A DNA stretch of 64,000 nt from positions 1,504,001-1,568,000 of the forward strand of contig CP147779.1 of the NCBI GenBank assembly GCA_037308085.1, written 5' to 3'. Source of the stretch: Promethearchaeati archaeon SRVP18_Atabeyarchaeia-1. GTDB taxonomy: Archaea > Asgardarchaeota > Atabeyarchaeia > Atabeyarchaeales > Atabeyarchaeaceae. The stretch's first letter is position 1, and every line of letters begins with the position of its first letter. Positions 58,467 to 64,000 of the stretch are shown one piece after another. The notes beneath the pieces are model-generated. The model was not told the DNA's origin and did not search any database. It worked only from the letters and a program-made list of their open reading frames with translations. Both the position numbers and the translations under genes were made by a program.

Positions 58467-61442
58467 GTGGGAGCAGATAACTCGGCAACAGCAACAGACG
58501 AGAAGGCATTCCAGAAGAAGTATGCCGAAACATGCTCGCTCTCACTGGATGAGCTGACTAAGCAGCTAAAGACCGATCTCACGAAAGGACTATCTCAACG
58601 TGACGCCGAGGAGAGGCTAGAGAAATCGGGTCCAAACCTAATTCCCAAGGTCAAGCCGAGCTTCTACAAGATATGGATCGCTCCTTTCATGAATCTGCTA
58701 ATAACCATCTACCTAATCATCAGCACAGCACTGGCGTTAATCGCCATTTTCATATTGCCCGACGCGGGGGCGCGCTTGTTCATATGGATCCCGATAATCG
58801 CCATCAATGCCATTCTCTCTATCGTACAGCAAGCCAGAGCGCAGAAGAAGCTTGAGGCGCTTCAGCGGCTATCTGCGCCACAGTGTGAAGTGGTCAGGGA
58901 CTCCAAGCTAGCCGTGATTTCCTCCGATCAACTGGTTCCAGGCGATGTCATAAAGCTGAAGCAGGGTGACAGGGTACCAGCTGATGGCAGAGTGATCACT
59001 GCATCAGCCCTTTCTGTAAATGAAGCAATTCTAACCGGGGAATCTGAAGAGGTAGAGAAAGTCGAAAGCCACGCAGAATGTGATAAGGATTCCCCAGTCT
59101 ACTCCTGGAGGAACATGACCTTCCTCGGAACTTACGTGACTGCTGGGTCAGGGAGCCTCTTGGTACTTAAGACTGGTAAGGAGACCCAGCTCGGGAGAAT
59201 CTCAGCAACCTTGGAGCAGCTTGACACTGGCGAAATACCGCTGCGCCAGAAGATCAATAGACTAGCAAGGTACCTCGGGGTCGCAGTCGTGCTTTACCTC
59301 GTCGTGTCACTAACTTACGGCATCTATGTTCTATCTCAGCAGGGCAACCTTTTTGTAGCGGGCGCTTTGGACGTAAGGAGGGTCGCCGATGACGTGGTCG
59401 TAAGCTTGGTCACGGCGATGAGCATAATGCCAATCAACATCCCGCTACTGACAACAATTACGCTGCTGACTGGTATCTTAGCCATGGCGAAGCATCAGGT
59501 TCTAATTCGTGATCTCAGCGCCGTCGAAGGTCTGGGCAGAGTCTCAGTCATATGTTCGGACAAGACCGGGACAATCACGAAAAACGAGATGACTGCAGAG
59601 TGGGTGTGCACGCCGCGAGTTAAAGGACCATTCCCAACCTACAGAGTCAGCGGCGTCGGTTACCAGCCTAGTGGAAGAATCCTAGAAGCCGAGTCAGATG
59701 CAGATGTTAAGGATCCAGTGAAGATGAAACCCGGAGATCCTAGCCAAGATACCGTCGATGTCAAGCATGAAACCCCTCTCGAGTACATCCTCGCCTCCTG
59801 CATACTCGGCAACGAAAGTTCCATCACCCACGACAAGTTGAAAATCGGGAAAGTGGAGCACACGGTCCATAAGGCTGTGGGAAATGCTACTGATGCCTCA
59901 CTACTAGTCCTATTCCGCAAATCCAAGCTAGATGAAAAAGAATATAGATCAAGATTCAAGGAGTTATTTAGCTACCCCTTCGACTCAAGGGCAAAGCGTA
60001 TCACCAATGTCTACAAGGATGACAAGACCCACAAATACGTTGTTCTAGCAAGAGGGGCAACGGAAATGCTGTTGCCGCTATGTGGGCGCCTGGCTGAAAA
60101 GAAGATGGGTGAGACAGCAAGCCTGCGGGAGGATGGTAGATCCGCGATAGAGAAGCATGCCTATCTCTATGCGTCATCTGGTTACAGAGTCATCTCATTT
60201 GCTATTAGGCAGCTAGACGAGCCACCTTCAGCAAGCAAACCCGAAAGAGAGCAACTTGAGAAAGATATGACCTACTTGGGTTTCGTAGCGATTATGGATG
60301 CGCCAAGAGAAGGCGTTCTCGAGTCCGTCCAAGAGGCAAGAATGGCTGGAATAAAACCAGTCATGGTGACTGGAGACAGCCTGCCAACTGCGAAAAGCAT
60401 CGCACAAAAGGTTGGAATAGCTGAGGAAGGAGACAACTGTATAGAAGGATCCAAGATCGATTCTCTATCGAACCAAGAATTCCTTAAGACCAGCGTGTTT
60501 GCCCGCGTTTCCCCAGAACACAAGATGATGATAGTGAATCGATATAAGAAGCAGAAGCGCACAGTCGCGATGACAGGTGACGGAGTAAATGACGCACTTG
60601 CAATTTCCAAGGCTGATGTCGGCATCGCCACGGGAATAACAGGTACGGACGTCGCGAAACAGGCTGCAGGCATGATAATAACTGACGACTCATTCACCTC
60701 GATAATAACAGGTGTCCGTGAAGGACGAGGGCTCTTCCAGAAGATCAGAGCGATAGTCTTTTTCTATATTGCCGTGAACTTCGCTGAAGCCATGATCTAT
60801 TTTGGCTCCTCACTCTTCCCGGGATTCCATCTGCTCAACTCATGGCAGCAGATATACATCTTCGCCACGGTCCACTCAATCCCTCCATTCGCAATAATCT
60901 TCGGCCATATCAGCAAGGACGTCATGAAGGAGAAGCCACGCGACACCGAAGGAATATTCACTAAGCGGCTGGGCATCGCATTACTCCTCTTCTCTCTTTC
61001 ACTGGCGTTAATGCTCTACGTCGTCTACGGCGCCTGCCTGAATGGGATCTGGGCGGTCTTTCCCGAGAACATGCTAGGTTACATCCCGACAGTCAGCTGG
61101 GAACAGGCAAAAGCACGCACGATGCTTCACTCAGTCATAGTGATATCTGAGAGCCTCGTAGTTGCATCATTGATCCAGATGAACAAGCCAATAGACAGAA
61201 CACTGGTGCAGGAGAATCGCCTGATTCTCCCCTTCTTCATCATACTAGTTCCCTTGGCGCATATTGCGCTCATGTATAACCCGGCGCTTCAGTCAATGCT
61301 CTATCACGCTATCGGTCTAGATCTCGAGATTATTCAGCTCAACCTGCTCGACTGGGTCGCTGTTGTGCTTCTCGCGCTATTCCCTGTGTGGATTTTAGAG
61401 ACGTATAAGAAAAGGGTTAGAAACCAAGGCTTGTTCTTCTAA
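58467..61442 (+). CDS. P-type ATPase (P2A-like scaffold, atypical transport site)
   Basis: TGES, DKTGT, MVTGD, GDGVND; TM4 reads IMPINIP. Confidence 0.9.
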   Translation: MGADNSATATDEKAFQKKYAETCSLSLDELTKQLKTDLTKGLSQRDAEERLEKSGPNLIPKVKPSFYKIWIAPFMNLLITIYLIISTALALIAIFILPDAGARLFIWIPIIAINAILSIVQQARAQKKLEALQRLSAPQCEVVRDSKLAVISSDQLVPGDVIKLKQGDRVPADGRVITASALSVNEAILTGESEEVEKVESHAECDKDSPVYSWRNMTFLGTYVTAGSGSLLVLKTGKETQLGRISATLEQLDTGEIPLRQKINRLARYLGVAVVLYLVVSLTYGIYVLSQQGNLFVAGALDVRRVADDVVVSLVTAMSIMPINIPLLTTITLLTGILAMAKHQVLIRDLSAVEGLGRVSVICSDKTGTITKNEMTAEWVCTPRVKGPFPTYRVSGVGYQPSGRILEAESDADVKDPVKMKPGDPSQDTVDVKHETPLEYILASCILGNESSITHDKLKIGKVEHTVHKAVGNATDASLLVLFRKSKLDEKEYRSRFKELFSYPFDSRAKRITNVYKDDKTHKYVVLARGATEMLLPLCGRLAEKKMGETASLREDGRSAIEKHAYLYASSGYRVISFAIRQLDEPPSASKPEREQLEKDMTYLGFVAIMDAPREGVLESVQEARMAGIKPVMVTGDSLPTAKSIAQKVGIAEEGDNCIEGSKIDSLSNQEFLKTSVFARVSPEHKMMIVNRYKKQKRTVAMTGDGVNDALAISKADVGIATGITGTDVAKQAAGMIITDDSFTSIITGVREGRGLFQKIRAIVFFYIAVNFAEAMIYFGSSLFPGFHLLNSWQQIYIFATVHSIPPFAIIFGHISKDVMKEKPRDTEGIFTKRLGIALLLFSLSLALMLYVVYGACLNGIWAVFPENMLGYIPTVSWEQAKARTMLHSVIVISESLVVASLIQMNKPIDRTLVQENRLILPFFIILVPLAHIALMYNPALQSMLYHAIGLDLEIIQLNLLDWVAVVLLALFPVWILETYKKRVRNQGLFF

Positions 61443-61494
61443 CCTACATGCCTCTAGGAATTCCAGAGAGCAACTCAACCAGAGCGCTATCAAG

Positions 61495-61977
61495 GTGAGC
61501 AAATTGAGCGAGCTTCCTCCTGCCGAAGACGCGAAAGTCACTCTCCGTAGGATCAATGGAAAGACCGTGAGGAGGATCTGCAACCTAGGCGTATCCGAAG
61601 ATCAAAGGAATTTCGTTGCGCCAAACGCAGTATCGATTGCACAAGCCTATTTCAACAAGACAGCATGGTTTCGCGCAATATACGCAGACACAACCCCAGT
61701 CGGCTTCCTGATGCTCTCCGAGGTTCCCAAGCGAGGATTCTACTATCTTTGGCGGTTCATGATCGATGCCAAGTATCAGGGTAAGGGTTATGGACGCAAA
61801 GCTCTTGAACTTGTCATCAAGCGAATCCGGAAAATGCCTAAGGCAAAGGCTCTCTACTTGTCCGTGGTGAGAGCTAAGGGGAGTGCAGAGGATTTCTACA
61901 AGAGCTTCGGCTTTGAGTTTACGGGAAGAATGGATGGCGTCGAGTATGTGATGAAGCTCGCGTTTGGTAAGCAATGA
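61495..61977 (+). CDS. GNAT acetyltransferase (polyamine acetyltransferase-like)
   Basis: QRNFVAPNAVSIAQA, WRFMID..YQGKGYG, FYKSFGF. Confidence 0.85.
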   Translation: MSKLSELPPAEDAKVTLRRINGKTVRRICNLGVSEDQRNFVAPNAVSIAQAYFNKTAWFRAIYADTTPVGFLMLSEVPKRGFYYLWRFMIDAKYQGKGYGRKALELVIKRIRKMPKAKALYLSVVRAKGSAEDFYKSFGFEFTGRMDGVEYVMKLAFGKQ

Positions 61978-62112
61978 TCTGCGACCGGATTCGAGATAGA
62001 TGGCATCGACCTCTCGTACTACACTAATATGGACATGGTGGACGGAGAGATAGCCATATTCATGAAGAAGAAGATAACGAACGCAAGCAGACAATGAGGA
62101 GCCCGCATAGTT

Positions 62113-62976
62113 TCAAGAGGGGATTCCTGACTCACAGGGCACGCCCGTCTGGCACAGTCCACACCCATAACCTTCAAAGCCGTAGTGGGTTCTCACGTAG
62201 TTCCACATCGAGTCGACATATTCTCTGCACTTGATCTTGTCATGACCTGCTTTGGAGATGGCTCCGACTGGGCACCGTTCGACGCATTTGCCGCATGTCC
62301 CCTTGGAGAAGAAAAGGCAGTAGGCGTGGTGATCAGTGTACGGTCTTTCAGACGGTGGGATGCTGATCTTGGCGACTGCCGAGCCGCATCGCATGGCCTT
62401 CCCCACTGGTGTTATCAGTCCATCACAGAGGCCGAAGGTTCCAAGTCCAGAGACGTATGCAGCATGCCGCTCGGACCAATTCGAAGTGATAAGGTATTTC
62501 CCCGATACTCTGGTTCCCCAGAGATGTGAAAGAGAAGGTGCGACCGACTCATACCCCTTCTCTGCGAGGATGCTGACGACGTGTCGTCGAAGGGTGTCAT
62601 TGAAATTCTCGCCGTAAATTCGAGCTCGAGCCCATCTTTCAGTCGGAAACCTATTCTCCTTTCTGTGTTCATTCTTTGTGGCCTCAGTATGTGGTAGCAC
62701 CCAACTTATCACTGTGAGCTGGTTCGCCGTGGTCCTCGTTTTCGGGAAGGCTCTGGCGAATATTTCGAGTGGTGACAGGTAGAACTCTCCAATATCCTTC
62801 TTAAAGAACTGGTAAAGGGGGTCAGCTCCACTTGAAAAGCCCACAATAGGGTCTGCCCAAGCCCTCTCATTTTCCTTGTTCTTCAGGGAGTTCTCGGGGG
62901 AAACCCCGACAAACCGCTTTACGGAGTCCCCTATCCAGCTAGCCGGGTTTCTGTCTCTCCCAGTCAAATTCACCAT
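62113..62976 (-). CDS. epoxyqueuosine-reductase (QueG)-like Fe-S protein
   Basis: SNWSERHAAYVSGLGTFG, CGKCVERCP, CGLCQTGVPC. Confidence 0.8.
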   Translation of the reverse strand: MVNLTGRDRNPASWIGDSVKRFVGVSPENSLKNKENERAWADPIVGFSSGADPLYQFFKKDIGEFYLSPLEIFARAFPKTRTTANQLTVISWVLPHTEATKNEHRKENRFPTERWARARIYGENFNDTLRRHVVSILAEKGYESVAPSLSHLWGTRVSGKYLITSNWSERHAAYVSGLGTFGLCDGLITPVGKAMRCGSAVAKISIPPSERPYTDHHAYCLFFSKGTCGKCVERCPVGAISKAGHDKIKCREYVDSMWNYVRTHYGFEGYGCGLCQTGVPCESGIPS

Positions 62977-62994
62977 CGTCTATCTTCATGATTC

Positions 62995-63714
62995 CTACAG
63001 CTTAACAAAGCGAGAGGCTACCCCCAATATCCTCGTCTGCAATCGCAGAGTGACCTTCCCGACAACCAAACCTATGAGAACGCCTACAAGAACATCTAAA
63101 GGATAGTGCACTCCGACGTATATCCTGCTGAAGGCAACCGCGATCGATAGAAGATACAGTAGCAGCACCTTCATGGATTTCCTGGTTGGGAAGACAGCAG
63201 CAAGGGCGAATATCCTCTCCGAGTGACCGCTTGGGAAACTCGAGCCAGACTCGTAGTCGAGGGGGATGACCCCCGATAGTGTTGAGTATGGCCTGGGCCG
63301 CATCACTGCTATCTTCAGGGGGGCTACTATGAGAGTTCCTATCACAACGGTTGTCAGGATCAATACCGCTTCCTTTCTATAGCCCAACCAATACAGCACG
63401 ATGCAAAACACGACGACCGCAAGTGTGCTACCCAAGTGAGTTACCAACCCAAAAAAGGCACTTGGAATAGGGCTCAGAAGCCCGGGGTTAATGGCTAGTA
63501 GCAGAGAGGCGTCCCATTGTGCGATCGGAGGCGGAAAAACATCGGGTCCTGTAGGTCCACCTAGACCTAACCCTATTGTATCGATGTACTCGAAGAGGAC
63601 ACCTAGAACAATAATTACAATTCCAAGTAGAATCTCCCATGATTCTGGTCGACGCCTCAGAACGCTATCTTTCTTGACCTCATTTCCCAATATTGCCGCT
63701 CCCCGAGAAAGCAT
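62995..63714 (-). CDS. PAP2-family membrane phosphatase
   Basis: K..RPRP, SFPSGH, SRIYVGVHYPLDV. Confidence 0.9.
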   Translation of the reverse strand: MLSRGAAILGNEVKKDSVLRRRPESWEILLGIVIIVLGVLFEYIDTIGLGLGGPTGPDVFPPPIAQWDASLLLAINPGLLSPIPSAFFGLVTHLGSTLAVVVFCIVLYWLGYRKEAVLILTTVVIGTLIVAPLKIAVMRPRPYSTLSGVIPLDYESGSSFPSGHSERIFALAAVFPTRKSMKVLLLYLLSIAVAFSRIYVGVHYPLDVLVGVLIGLVVGKVTLRLQTRILGVASRFVKL

Positions 63715-64000
63715 GACCTAGAATTTGCAGGCGATTTGAATGGTATGTCTTGTCTTCTCTTATAGATTATGCATTGGACACGTTGCTAGCCGATGCATGA
63801 AGGTGCTTTGGCACCTAGATGATATAAGCCTCAAGCTACCCTCACGTTTACTAGAAGCGGTGGGAGCTGGATCAACTATGGGTGTTGACCTGGGTCTGTA
63901 TCGTTTTCCTGATGGTTTTCTTTGGGGATCATGTATCGGGGACTATGAGACCTTTAGAGGAGCTGAATGACGCAATCGAAGTGGACAAGGTCAATGTCAT

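Overview
Archaeal chromosomal window. TATA/BRE-type promoters, mtxX, a RAD55/KaiC-like protein and a glycosylated surface protein support an archaeon; the lineage cannot be fixed from sequence alone, but an Asgard- or Bathyarchaeia-like host is plausible. The flanks (1-24.7 kb, 53.6-64 kb) carry housekeeping and metabolic genes (uvrC, adk, mgtA, abfD, kbl/tdh, amidohydrolase, acyl-CoA dehydrogenase) plus several small insertions. The centre is a nested insertion. A stand-alone LigD 3'-phosphoesterase gene is split into three pieces (24785-24971, 51728-51768, 53344-53507). It was hit by an IS200/IS605 tnpB 3'-end fragment and by an IS607-derived tnpB element. A ~26.4-kb tyrosine-integrase island, bounded by the direct repeat CGTCAGTA, then inserted into a hairpin of the first element's tnpB 3' end, the predicted omegaRNA region. 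The island is rich in defence-like cargo: an HhH glycosylase plus PD-(D/E)XK nuclease pair, an OLD nuclease, a ~190-nt structured RNA candidate upstream of a methyltransferase-restriction nuclease fusion, a HEPN protein, a cyclase-like/nSTAND3/helical-repeat protein, an RHH + GHKL(MORC-like) + DUF1016-like operon, and intact plus decayed copies of a C5-methyltransferase and mismatch glycosylase. The motif CAGCGCGCGCTA recurs three times between island cassettes. Outside the island, a P-type ATPase has lost the canonical Ca2+ ligands (TM4 PINIP). All calls come from reading motifs by eye; no searches were run.
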